In this document: positions 45,039 to 55,631 of the stretch, piece after piece
Position numbering within the stretch: position 1 is the first letter of the stretch
How the letters are laid out: every line of letters starts with the position of its first letter
NCBI GenBank assembly: GCA_963666215.2
Contig: CAXWPL010000001.1
Location: forward strand, 640,001-704,000
Origin: Acidobacteriota bacterium
GTDB taxonomy: Bacteria; Acidobacteriota; UBA890; WLXD01
DNA length: 64,000 bases
Direction of reading: 5' to 3'
Notes under the pieces: model-generated
The model's input: the letters and a program-made list of their open reading frames with translations, nothing else
What the model was told of the DNA's origin: nothing
Databases searched by the model: none
Made by a program: the position numbers and the translations under genes

Positions 45039-46286
45039 TTGAGCAGCGACCTTTGTGATTCGCGCCGCGTCAGCGCCAGCGAATTGTATCGCGCTCCCAA
45101 CCGTCTGGCGCGCTACTACCAGGGTTTTCGCGTTGCTCAACGCTTGTTGCTGACCGGCCATTCGCACCAGGCGTGGCCAGATGTCGCTCGCGACGCCCAT
45201 CTGCAAGCCTGGGACGACGCCGCCGAGTCGGTCGACAACAAATGGTCGCGCGCCTTCGAGATGGCCGATGCTGTTCGCGCTGGTTACGCCCGCCTGCTCG
45301 ACGACGATCGCGGCAAGACCAATGGCGTCGGCGACATCGCTCTCGGGGCCAACACCCATGAGCTCGTCGTGCGGCTGCTTTCGGCACTACCTCTTCTGGA
45401 TCGTCCCCGCATCGTCACGACCGACGGCGAGTTCCACACACTCCGACGACAGCTGGCCCGCCTCGAAGAAGAGGGGATCGAGGTGGTGCGAGTCGCGGCG
45501 CAGCCGGCGTCGGAAGTCGCGGCACGCTTGAGCGAAGCGGTGGACGACCGCACGTCGATCGTCATGGTCTCCTGCGTGCTGTTCGGCAACGCGCACATCG
45601 TTGAGGGCCTGGGCGAGGTGCAGCAAGCCTGCGAGCGCTCCGGCGCCGAGCTCCTCGTCGACGCCTACCACGCGCTGAACGCGATCCCGTTCTCACTGCG
45701 TGAGCACGGACTCGATCGGGCCTTCGTTGTCGGCGGTGGCTACAAGTACTGCCAGCTGGGCGAGGGCAATTGTTTCCTGCGGACGCCACCGGAGTGCCGA
45801 CTGCGCCCGATCATCACCGGCTGGTTCGCGGAATTCCCGGATCTGACGCGGAGCGCGAACGAGAACGTGGGCTACGCCGACGGTCCTGCGCGATTCGCGG
45901 GCGCCACGTACGACCCCACGAGCCACTATCGCGGCGCTGCCGTGTTCGACTTTTTCGAGCAGCTCGGGCTCGGGCCCGAGCTCCTGCGCGAGGTGAGTCA
46001 GCACCAGGTGGAGCTTCTGGCGAGCGGCTTCGACGACCTCGACCTGGACGCCGACTTGCTCACGCGCGATCGCAGTGTGGCGCTGGAAAAAGTCGGCGGA
46101 TTTCTCGCTCTCGAGTCGCCCATGGCCGGCGCTCTAGCGGCCCGGCTGCTGGAGCGCGGGGTACATTGCGACCATCGAGGCCATATCCTCCGACTCGGCC
46201 CCGCACCCTACCTGCGCGACCAGCAACTGACCCGCGCCATCGAGATCGTCGGCGAAGTGGTCAACGAAAGCAGTCCGCGGAGGTAA
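45039..46286 (+). CDS. kynU: Kynureninase (start uncertain)
   Basis: PLP fold type V motifs VDAYH, GGYKY, TGWFA; follows TDO. Confidence 0.82.
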   Translation: MSSDLCDSRRVSASELYRAPNRLARYYQGFRVAQRLLLTGHSHQAWPDVARDAHLQAWDDAAESVDNKWSRAFEMADAVRAGYARLLDDDRGKTNGVGDIALGANTHELVVRLLSALPLLDRPRIVTTDGEFHTLRRQLARLEEEGIEVVRVAAQPASEVAARLSEAVDDRTSIVMVSCVLFGNAHIVEGLGEVQQACERSGAELLVDAYHALNAIPFSLREHGLDRAFVVGGGYKYCQLGEGNCFLRTPPECRLRPIITGWFAEFPDLTRSANENVGYADGPARFAGATYDPTSHYRGAAVFDFFEQLGLGPELLREVSQHQVELLASGFDDLDLDADLLTRDRSVALEKVGGFLALESPMAGALAARLLERGVHCDHRGHILRLGPAPYLRDQQLTRAIEIVGEVVNESSPRR

Positions 46287-46334
46287 GAGTTTCAGCCGTG
46301 CGAGGTCCGGCAAACCGAGCACCAGGAGAACCGC

Positions 46335-48265
46335 GTGAACGACACCGCCCAGCCGGCTCAGCGACGCCGTCCGATTTGGCGCCGACCCTGGGTGTGGATT
46401 GTTGTGCTGGGGCTAGCGGCAGCGGCAGTGGCCGCCCCGTTCGTGGCCGAGTGGATGCTGCGACGGACGGTCGACGCGACCCTGCTACAAGACACGATCA
46501 ACGCGGCGCTGGCCGGCTCCACCGACGATCTCTACTACATCGAGGTTGGCGAGCTCGACTACACGATCGCCGACGGTGACGTACTGGCGCGCAACGTCCG
46601 CCTGCGGCCGCGAATCGACGCGATTCACGAGCGCCGAGCCGCCGGGACCCTTCCGGCGTTGCTCTTCGATGTTGTGGTCGACGAGGTCAGCTTCGTAGGC
46701 ATCGATCTGGCCATGCTGGCTCAGGAACGTGACCTCTACGCGATGCGGGTGTCGCTGCAGCGGCCGCGGGTGCGAATCATCAACGCGATCGACCTGGCAC
46801 GGCAGGCCGCCGAAGACGCCGCCGCAAGGAATTCAGACGCGGGGCAGGTGTTGCCGCAACTGGGTCTGGGCCAGCGCGAGGGGGAACACGGCAACGAGAC
46901 GTTGCTGGAACACCTCGTGGAGGGCCTCCCGGTAATCGACATCCGCGAGGTGCGAATCGACAACGCCGACATCACCAGCGAGCAGCTCACCGAGGCAGCG
47001 CTACTGGCGGCTGCAAGCAGCAGCGCCAGCGTCACCGAAGGCACCCTCGATCTCGAAACCGTCAACAGCTCCGAGAATATACCCGGCGGCGGAACGGGCG
47101 ACCTCGCAGGCGGGGCGTTGATCGACCCCATCGAGCTGCTCCTTGCGGAGGCGCCGGCGACCGAGAGCATCGAGAACATCTCGATCTCCCTCGAGGACCT
47201 GCGGATCGACACCGCCTCGGCCCGCGATCCCGACAAGATTCTGTTCAGCGACAATGTGCGCGTGGAAATCGGCCGCTACACGCGGACCAACGCCGACGGA
47301 CTCTACCGACTCGAGACGGGACCGGTGGTGCTGTCGACGGGCGACAGCTCGATTCAGATCGATTCGGTAGCCTTCGCCCCAACCGTGTCCGACGCCGAGC
47401 TGGCGCGCCGTCGAGGTCGCCGCGCCGATCGGATCCGTTTCAGCTTCAACCGCATCGTGGCCACCAACGTCGATTACCCGCGGCTTCTGGAGCGCCTCGA
47501 GACGTCGGTCGGCAAGGTGGAGCTCACGGGATGGGAAATCGACGTCTTCAGCGACAAGCGTCTAGCGGCCGCGCGACGGGTGCGTCCGCCCTGGATGCCG
47601 CAGGACATCGCGGCCGACGGCAGCCCATCGCTGAGAATCGACGAGATCGAGCTGCGCGACGGCAAGGTAACCTACTCCGAAGTGGCAACCGACGGGGCGC
47701 GGCCCGGGTCGATCACCTTTGAGGACATCCACGGCAGCATCGTCAACGTCACCAACGACCCCGAGCGCATGAGCGATTCGAGCCCGGCGGTCGTCGATAT
47801 CGAGGCCAGGTTCGGCGGCTCCGGCGACGTCAGCCTGGAGATGAGGCTGCCGCTGCTCGCCAGCCCGGCCACAATGAGCTACCGCGGCAGCGTCACCAAT
47901 CTCGACGCCAGCGCGCTCAACTCGATTCTTCCGAATCTGCTCGGCCTGCGATTCACTCGCGGTCGAGTTGATTCCATCGCCTTCAACATCGATGTTGCCC
48001 GCGGCCGCGCGACGGGGTCGTGCAAGGCATCTACCGTGACCTGAGCGTGCAAATCATCGACAAGGCTACGCACGAGCGCAGCCTCGGGGATCGCCTCAAG
48101 TCGTTTGCCGCCAACCGTCTGTTGCTGCGCACCACCAACGTCCCGCGCGACGGCAAGGCGCCGACGGTTGGCCGGGTTGACCACCGCTTCGACCGCAACG
48201 CCGCGTTCTTCTCGATTTTCTGGGGCGGGCTGCGCTCAGGCCTTCTCTCGTTGCTCAGGCGCTAG
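46335..48265 (+). CDS. AsmA/DUF748-like membrane-anchored protein, frameshifted near 48015
   Basis: N-terminal TM and beta-rich repeats; C-terminus continues in the -1 frame (VQGIYRDL...FFSIFWGGLRSGL); one extra G in the G4 run would restore the frame. Confidence 0.65.
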
Positions 48266-48299
48266 CTGTCCTGTGGGCAGATCAGCGAGTCGGCGTGGG

Positions 48300-50453
48300 C
48301 TACCGCACTCCCAGGCGGAACCCCGACATCGGATTCACCAGCGTGAAGTCGACGTAACGGTCGGCTCCAAGCTCCCGGACGCTGGCCTCGATGGGCTCGC
48401 CATCCAGCGTCACCGCGCCCGAGAGACGCCGCGGAAGCAGCACCGACAGCTCGATCGTAGGGGCACTGGTATGGATCTCCATCGCGATCGCGCGCGCGTC
48501 GGCGTCGTAGCGATAGTCGTAGGCCACGCGAGCACCGTCAGACGGCTGCACCAGCGCAACGCGCACTGAGCCCTCGCCAACCCGAGGGCTGAGGCGGAGC
48601 AGTCGCCCGTCGGAGCCAGCAACGAGCTCGACTCCGAGATAGCCCTCGATGAGCGCCGAGCCGAGCGCACCAGCGGCACCCGAGAAGCGAGCGCTGCCGT
48701 GGGGACGCAAGTCACGATCGCTCCACTCGAAGATGCCGCCGTTGCTCACGCTCAGCCGAGCGAGGGTCCGCAACGCCTCGCTGGCGGCCTCGGCACGGCC
48801 GCTGCGGAACATCGCCAGAATCAAGCGCCCGGCAAACCAGTCCCAGTGCCCGCCGTTCTGGTACTCGTACTCCTCGTCGACGGAGGGATGCAGGAAGGTG
48901 CCCGACGGATACGGGGGCAGCATCGTAAAGCCGAGGGCCGGAAGGCCCAACCGACGATGGCGATCGACGATCGCGTCGAGTGTGGTCAACGCCATCTCTG
49001 GGCTGGCGATGCCCGCGAGGACGGCCATGGCGTTGCCGCCCGTGCCGAGCATGGCGTCTTCGTCGAACTCGTGCTGCAAGCCGTCGAGGTGGCTGTGGAC
49101 CCGAAAGTAGCCGCGCTCAGGCTGCCACAACAGTCGACGTGTGATGGCGGTAACCCGATCGGCCCGTGCCCGCCAGGCCGTGGCAGCCACGGCGTCGGCC
49201 AGGTGTGTCTCTGCGATCTCGGCCCAGCAGCGCGCGGCGAGCACGAACATCGACTGGTCGTAGATATCGACATTCCAGCGCGTGCTCTCGCCGGCGTATA
49301 TCGCCTGTTGATCCGCATCGACAATGTCGACGTCCCCCCAGTCGATGGTGTGGGCGCCACGCAGCAGGCCGCTGGCCGGGTCGCGACGTGAGCTCCAGGC
49401 ATGCAAGAGCGCGCGCTGCAGGCGCTCGGCAACCGGCTCACGGCCGATGGTGGTAGCAAGCCAGTCGCGATCTCCGACGCTGCGCACGTACTCGCAAGCC
49501 CCGAGAACCAGGCTCGTCTCCTGATCGGTCTCGGTTGTGTTGGTGTCGGTGAGACCCGCCGAGTCCACCCAATCCGCTATGCGGCCGTCCTGGCCCTGGT
49601 GCTCGAGGTGCAACTCGAGCCAGCCGCGTAGTGTGGGAGCGTCGAACAACCAGCGCGCCGCTGGCAGCGTGGTGGCGTTGTCGCGAACCCAGAGCTGCGG
49701 ATAGGTACTTCCCGCGGCGAACCCGGCGAATGCGCGGCCCTCGGCGGCGAACTCCGTTCGCGAGCTCTGCAGCGTACTGCCGATCAGCGTCCAGAGCTCG
49801 GCCAACTCGGGATCCGACGCGGTGAGCCTCGATTGCGACGGCCTGGCCAGCTGAGCACTGCTGATCGGTTGCACCTCGAGGCTCAGGAGCTCGACGGGCA
49901 GCGATGTCGTTGCCGATCCCTGTTGCGCAAACCAGCTGACGTGTTCGTGCACCAGGTCGAGCTCGAGCAGATACAGGCCGGGGCCGGGTAGCTCGGCCGC
50001 TTCAATCGTGAGCGGCAGGCGCACAGTCTCGCCAGTGGCAACCGGGCGCGGCAGCGCCAGCCGACGGTTGTCGAACCGCAGCGTCTCTCCATCGGCGCCG
50101 AGCAGATGAAACGACACGAACACCGGGAACGCCGGGTCCTCGGCGTCGCTGTCCCACAACATGCTGCCGTTGTTGGTCACCTCGATCTCCACCGTCTTGC
50201 GACCGGCGAAGGGAATCTGCAACAGCTCCAATGGAGCACGCACTGTCGCCGCGTACTCGGCAAGCCCACGGGGTTCTTGCGCGAGCAACGGTACGGCGGG
50301 CGGTGCCGCGGCGTCCTCGGGTTGCGGTTCTCGGGCCTCGACCGCGATCGGCGGGGAGGGCGCTGTCGCCGGCGGCGGGTCTTCGGGGAAGGGCGGGACA
50401 CAGCCGATCTGAAGAAGAAGAAAGAGAACGCCGAGACCGATGCGGCGGAGCAT
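48300..50453 (-). CDS. Lipoprotein: Ig-like domain plus (alpha/alpha)6 glycoside hydrolase-like domain
   Basis: LLLQIGC lipobox-like; YPQLWVRD, DWGD, YQNGGHW. Confidence 0.7.
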   Translation of the reverse strand: MLRRIGLGVLFLLLQIGCVPPFPEDPPPATAPSPPIAVEAREPQPEDAAAPPAVPLLAQEPRGLAEYAATVRAPLELLQIPFAGRKTVEIEVTNNGSMLWDSDAEDPAFPVFVSFHLLGADGETLRFDNRRLALPRPVATGETVRLPLTIEAAELPGPGLYLLELDLVHEHVSWFAQQGSATTSLPVELLSLEVQPISSAQLARPSQSRLTASDPELAELWTLIGSTLQSSRTEFAAEGRAFAGFAAGSTYPQLWVRDNATTLPAARWLFDAPTLRGWLELHLEHQGQDGRIADWVDSAGLTDTNTTETDQETSLVLGACEYVRSVGDRDWLATTIGREPVAERLQRALLHAWSSRRDPASGLLRGAHTIDWGDVDIVDADQQAIYAGESTRWNVDIYDQSMFVLAARCWAEIAETHLADAVAATAWRARADRVTAITRRLLWQPERGYFRVHSHLDGLQHEFDEDAMLGTGGNAMAVLAGIASPEMALTTLDAIVDRHRRLGLPALGFTMLPPYPSGTFLHPSVDEEYEYQNGGHWDWFAGRLILAMFRSGRAEAASEALRTLARLSVSNGGIFEWSDRDLRPHGSARFSGAAGALGSALIEGYLGVELVAGSDGRLLRLSPRVGEGSVRVALVQPSDGARVAYDYRYDADARAIAMEIHTSAPTIELSVLLPRRLSGAVTLDGEPIEASVRELGADRYVDFTLVNPMSGFRLGVR

Positions 50454-50815
50454 CGCCTCGCGAGGCTTTCGACAGGATCCCATGGCGGCCAAGAATAGCG
50501 GCTCGAGGAGCGCCGGGATCACCGAATGCGTAAGAAGTCGGCCGCCACTCAGTCCCTGAATAGAGAGAGTGCCGCGGGCAACCGATGATCCGGATTGCCC
50601 GCGGCGCCTCATGCAGGGATCAGAAAACTCCCTCGTTCATACGGCCAGCAGATGGGTCTCCCTGGCTGAAGTCGGGATCGAGCTCGAACGATCGGGGTGG
50701 GGGTCCGTCATCGCAGGGTGGGGGGCTCTGCGCCGCCGAGCTCGATCCTGATTATCGTTGTTGTCCTCTTTTTCTGGATTCTGTGGCGATGTTGCCGTGA
50801 TTCGTTACCGGCGTT

Positions 50816-51562
50816 CTAGCGACCGCCTCCGCCGGCGACCGCTGTGAAGTCGTCATCTCCGGTGGCCCAACCGCCCGGCTGGTTGAAGGCCGTATCGATC
50901 TCACCGTCGGGTCCGGCCGAGTAACAAACCACCGCCGAGCCAAACCCGTCGGTGGCAAGCTTGGCAGCGATGTGCAGGCCGAAGACGTTCGCCATGTAGC
51001 GGTTGCCCCACGGATCGGCATCGATACGATCCGAAATGTAGGGTCCGCGCCACGCGAAGAGGCTGTTGAAGCCCTCGGGCATGTCCAGGGGCGTCCGATA
51101 GCCAGCGGCGGGATCATCAGCGGGCGTGTTGTGGATCAGATGATTGGCAAAGGAATCCACGACGAACCTCACTGCATGCCCACTGATGTCGTTGCGCTCG
51201 GTGATCGAGTCACCGTGAGACGCACGCCAATGGCGACCCGCCACCCGAAGGTCGGGCCGGCTCAGCAACGGTGCGTTTCCGTCGCCAATCAGCAATCCCA
51301 CCGGCGCGCTGTCGCTTGCGGGCAACTCGTCACGTTGCTGGCGTGCCCGGCGAGGGGAGAAAGCGGTCTCACCCGTGTCGACGATGAACGTCCCGAGCGC
51401 CGAACACAGCGCGCCGAGGTCTTCCGCGACCCGGGCGTAGCGGGCCAGGCGGGTGTAGCCGCCCAAGTTCACCAGCATGATGGACGACAAGGCGCTGAGA
51501 GCGAGGACGACGATGCTCACCTCGACCAGCGTAAAGCCCCTCTGCCGGTTGTGGTTGGCCAT
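50816..51562 (-). CDS. Prepilin-type GspG-like pseudopilin
   Basis: QRG|FTLVE cleavage/methylation motif; WRGPY, DPWGNRY, SAGPDG. Confidence 0.85.
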   Translation of the reverse strand: MANHNRQRGFTLVEVSIVVLALSALSSIMLVNLGGYTRLARYARVAEDLGALCSALGTFIVDTGETAFSPRRARQQRDELPASDSAPVGLLIGDGNAPLLSRPDLRVAGRHWRASHGDSITERNDISGHAVRFVVDSFANHLIHNTPADDPAAGYRTPLDMPEGFNSLFAWRGPYISDRIDADPWGNRYMANVFGLHIAAKLATDGFGSAVVCYSAGPDGEIDTAFNQPGGWATGDDDFTAVAGGGGR

Positions 51563-52083
51563 CACGATGTCCCCGCGCTTCGAGAATTCTTGTGAGCACC
51601 CAAGGTACCGGTCGGGGGCCGATCAGCTAAGCCGGCGGGGACACAGGTGGCCGCGCCTGGCGCTGGAGTCAGTTCTGCCTAACAGAGCGCAGATCGGATG
51701 ACGTCCGACGGCCGTCATGACTGCCCTAGGCGCGACAACCGCGGCGTCGAGCCGAGATCTCTACGTCCGCCTAGGCCTGAATCGACACCGGAGGACACCT
51801 GAGGCGACAGGCCAGCTCGGCTGATTCCGGCGCCATCGGACAAACGTGGCCAGCGGCAGCGTTGGCTATCGACGGTGAGATTCGCCAAGTGTGCTCATGG
51901 TGGCAACAATCGTCCGCTTGTTCGCGGCGACCACGGGTGGGCCCGGCTGCGCATGCGTGCGCAAGAAATTCTTCGACCTCCACCGCGGGCCGGCTGCCTT
52001 TCGGCCGCGGTCGACTCCCCATTCGACGCCACACTGCCGATCGGATAGGGACGCGGAAACCGGGTCGAGGGCATACCGCACAC

Positions 52084-52120
52084 AAAGAAAGGGCGCGCCG
52101 CGCAATGCGCGACGCGCCCT
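52084..52120 (-). terminator. Rho-independent terminator
   Basis: AGGGCGCG...CGCGCCCT stem followed by TTCTTT on the minus strand, 25 bp after the stop at 52145. Confidence 0.65.
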
Positions 52121-52144
52121 CCAGGAGTCAGCTGAGCGGGGAGG

Positions 52145-53094
52145 CTACTCCGCCGGCATCTCGTAGCAGGCTAGCCCGTCGAGGAAAACGTCAAGCTCGA
52201 ACAATTTCTTGACGACGAGTTTTCCTCCGACTTTCTTGGCCGTGCCGATATAGGACTCGAAGGATGGGTAGTCCGCAGTGTAGGACACATACATCTGCTT
52301 GCCGGCGGTACAAGCGCCGGCGATGCGATAGCCCTCCGATACTCCGGGGTAGTCGATCATGAGCGGCTCGACGTTCTTCCACTTCCCGTTGGGCCTGTAT
52401 TTCACCGCACGGTCTCCCAGGAACTGAAAGCCCTTGCCCCTCCCGTCCCTCTTGTTGGTCATGCCGCCGCCGCGGTTCCAGTAGGACGGGATCGGGAACT
52501 CCGGGTCAATGATGCTAGTGTCGCCCTTCTTGTTGATCTTCATGATGCCGCGGATCGCAAACTCGCTGAACAAGGAGCGCGGACCATTGAAGCTCAGGAA
52601 CGCAGGAAAACCGTTGTTGCTGCCCTGCCGCGCCACACCGCCGGTCGCGGTGGAGTTCGTGCGTAACGAGATGAAATTCTCGAACGTCAGAAAATCTCCG
52701 TTGATCTCAGCGACCTTGTCCACTTGTTGTGGGAGTTCAGCACCACGAGCTGAGGGGTCGACGAGCCCTTGTTAACCTTCGAGTTGTGGCAGACGCCGTA
52801 GAAATTGCCGTCCTTGTGGTTGTACCAGATCGCGCTGCAGCGCCACCGGCGACCGTCGCCGAGATCAGTCGCCGTCTCACCGACAAGATCGACGCTGTAC
52901 ACCCTGCCCGAGCTCGACTTGATGTGGTCGGCTACTTCTTCCAACTCCATCGTGGCGTTCACGCCATGGTAGCTCGTTCCGATCATGATGACCGTCGGCG
53001 ACACTTCTTGGGCGGCATCCGACCTCACTGCCTGCTACAGGCTGACGGCCAGACCGAGGGCCAAAAGCGCTACCAAAATACCGGACCTACGCAT
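52145..53094 (-). pseudogene. Secreted hypothetical protein with a nonsense codon and a frameshift
   Basis: GGAGGG RBS and ATG 53094; MRRSGILVALLALGLAVSL*QAVR (TAG 53037-53035); frame change near 52730. Confidence 0.6.
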
Positions 53095-53176
53095 GCTTCC
53101 CTCCAACGTGCTCTGGGGGCGAAACTGCCACTAGTTAAAATAGCAAACCGAGGCTACCAGGTCTGTAACGCGTAGG

Positions 53177-54584
53177 GGGGATGTCACAGGCTCCGTTGAA
53201 AAAGGGTGACGGTGATCCGACCTCGATAGTGTGTCGGGGTCAATCCACTGGCATGGAGGATCACCGTCATGAGCAAGAGTCGCAGAACAGAGACAAGTAG
53301 GAAAGCGGCGCGCCAAGAGAACCCGCTCCTGGAGGCAGTGGTAGCGGCGCGATCGGATCTACGAGCGCTGGTCATGGACGCGGGCTTCGGGGTGTTGGGT
53401 TCGCTGCTGGAAGAAGACAGAGCTGAGCTATGCGGAGAACGCCACGCACGGTCACAGCAGCGGCGGGCGTACCGACACGGCTACGACGAGGGCTCGCTGG
53501 TGATGGGCGGCCGGCGGGTCAAGGTACGCAAGCCGCGGGCTCGGAGCGTCGATGGCCAAGAGCTGCCGCTGCCGCACTGGGAGAGGTTCAAGGCAACAGA
53601 TCCGCTCGAAGAGCGCGCCGTGGAGCAGATCCTGTGCGGCGTCACGACGCGCAAGTATGAGCGCTCGTTGGAGCAGCTGCCCGAAGGCCGAACTTCATCC
53701 GGGACGAGTCGCTCGAGTGTGTCGCGGCGGTTCGTAGCGCGTACCGCCCGGCAGGTGCAGCAGTATCTGGCCCAACCACTCAACGAGGTGGACTTGCCGG
53801 TGCTGGTGATCGACGGTACGCACATGGGCAAGCACCTGTTGGTGATCGCCATGGGCATCGACGCGGACGGCGTCAAGCATGTGCTGGGTGTCGTAGAGGG
53901 CACCACGGAGAGCTCCCACGTGTGCCGGTCGCTGCTGCGGCAGTTGATCGAGCGCGGCATGCCCGTCGAACGGGCGCGGTTGGTGGTAATCGATGGCTCC
54001 AAGGGCCTCCGTAAAGCAGTGCGCGACACGTTCGGCGAGTGGGCCCTGATCCAGCGCTGCCGTGTCCACAAGATCAAGAACGTATTGGAGCATCTGCCAG
54101 GGCATATCCGGCCCTGGTTCGCAGCCAAGATCCGCAAGGCGTGGAAGGCGGAGACGGCCACGGCAGCGACCAAGCAGCTCGACGCCGTGGTCAAGGAGCT
54201 GGAGACCGATCACCCCGGTGCAGCGGCCTCGCTCAGAGAAGGAATGCAAGAGACGCTCACCGTCACTCGGCTCCGAGTTCAGGGGCCGCTGCTTCGGACG
54301 TTACGTTCAACGAATACGATCGAGAACCTGAACGGGACGATCAAACACGTCAGCCGCAACGTAAAGCGGTGGCGCTCCGGGAGCATGATCGTTCGATGGG
54401 TGGTTACTGCACTCATCGAGGCCGAGAGCAAGTTCCGGAGGGTTCGTGGCTACCGCGACATCGCCAAGCTCGATGCCGCACTCAACACCGCCGTCGACGT
54501 TCCCCTTGAGCAGGAGCGCCGTACTGCGTAACAATTCCAACCACTTCACCGTCGCCTTAGTTCAACGGACGGTGGGACATCCCC
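53177..54584 (+). mobile_element. IS256-family insertion sequence, copy 2 (1408 bp)
   Basis: Same terminal IRs and a near-identical transposase to copy 1. Confidence 0.92.
53269..54531 (+). CDS. IS256 DDE transposase
   Basis: 420 aa, near-identical to 26138-27400. Confidence 0.95.
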   Translation: MSKSRRTETSRKAARQENPLLEAVVAARSDLRALVMDAGFGVLGSLLEEDRAELCGERHARSQQRRAYRHGYDEGSLVMGGRRVKVRKPRARSVDGQELPLPHWERFKATDPLEERAVEQILCGVTTRKYERSLEQLPEGRTSSGTSRSSVSRRFVARTARQVQQYLAQPLNEVDLPVLVIDGTHMGKHLLVIAMGIDADGVKHVLGVVEGTTESSHVCRSLLRQLIERGMPVERARLVVIDGSKGLRKAVRDTFGEWALIQRCRVHKIKNVLEHLPGHIRPWFAAKIRKAWKAETATAATKQLDAVVKELETDHPGAAASLREGMQETLTVTRLRVQGPLLRTLRSTNTIENLNGTIKHVSRNVKRWRSGSMIVRWVVTALIEAESKFRRVRGYRDIAKLDAALNTAVDVPLEQERRTA

Positions 54585-54618
54585 GCGATCTCGTGCCGCG
54601 CGGTGAGACTTGGTCCTG

Positions 54619-55110
54619 TTAGTCGCGCCTCATCCCGTACAGTCCCGACCCCATGAGCAGCCCGCCGAACAGCAGGTAAACCGGCACCGATCCACGATAG
54701 CCCTTGAACAAGAGGGCGTCGCCAGGGTCGTCGGGATCGTAGTAAACGACCACGTCGCTGCCGGGCGCGTACTTTTCGTGAACTCGCAGCACACCCTCGA
54801 GGTAGTAGCGGCCACCCTCGAGGGTGCCGCCCCAGCCCAGGAAATGGCGATCGTAGCCGCTGGACGCGTAAGACTCGCCGTTCACCGAATACGCGTAGCG
54901 AATCGTCGCCACGTGCCGTGGTCGGCGGATCGAATTCCCGGGTCGACTGCGAGTGTTCCAGAACTGGAACCAGTACTTCTTGTTCACCTCAACCGACTCG
55001 ACGACAGCCGTCGTAGAGGGCCAATCGGTGGTCGCAGCGCCGCGCCAGTAACCGAACAACACCACGAGAATCGCGAACGCGCCGAAAACGAAGGAGGCTC
55101 GGTGTTTCAT
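54619..55110 (-). CDS. DUF3592-like membrane protein
   Basis: WPSTTAVV, YAYSVNG, VYYDPDDP flanked by TM helices. Confidence 0.75.
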   Translation of the reverse strand: MKHRASFVFGAFAILVVLFGYWRGAATTDWPSTTAVVESVEVNKKYWFQFWNTRSRPGNSIRRPRHVATIRYAYSVNGESYASSGYDRHFLGWGGTLEGGRYYLEGVLRVHEKYAPGSDVVVYYDPDDPGDALLFKGYRGSVPVYLLFGGLLMGSGLYGMRRD

Positions 55111-55205
55111 GGCCGTGCGGTCCGTTGGGGCTCCAGATGACTCCTACGGTCTGATCCCTACTTTTAGTCTGTCTTGGGCCAGTTCCATAACCCAAAAGAC
55201 GCCCG

Positions 55206-55370
55206 CTACTGGATCACGTGCGGTCCGAGGATCTCCGTGGTCCCAGGTGGCTGGTCCATGCGCTTGGCGATGTGTTCAACAGCGGCCACCAGCCGGGCGC
55301 CAAGCTGCGCCATGTAGATCACGAAGCCGATCCAGACCAAGACGAGAAAAAAGCCAGCGAGTGGCGCCAT
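55206..55370 (-). CDS. Small membrane protein (54 aa)
   Basis: AGGAGG RBS; single TM; RLVAAVEHIA. Confidence 0.55.
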   Translation of the reverse strand: MAPLAGFFLVLVWIGFVIYMAQLGARLVAAVEHIAKRMDQPPGTTEILGPHVIQ

Positions 55371-55631
55371 CGAAGAGCCTCCTGGGATCGATTGGGAAGG
55401 GGTCCTGCCATTGCGGTTCAAGGCGTCGAAGACGATGCCGCCAGCAAGGCCGAGCTCGGCCGCTCGGCTGAGCGCCGACCTTAACCCACAGTTGCTTGCG
55501 TGATGGCGCGCCACGTGTTTTGCCCTCTACTCGTCGTAGATGGCCGTGCGGGGGCGCATTCGACGTGCGACGCTCGCCGTATTCTCCCCATCGACCAACG
55601 TCCGACGAGCCGATCGCATATATAAGGACGC

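Noticed and set aside
51570-52080. Long intergenic region as a riboswitch or tRNA
   Set aside because: Only fragmentary resemblance (e.g. TCAGCTAA); no complete consensus or cloverleaf seen
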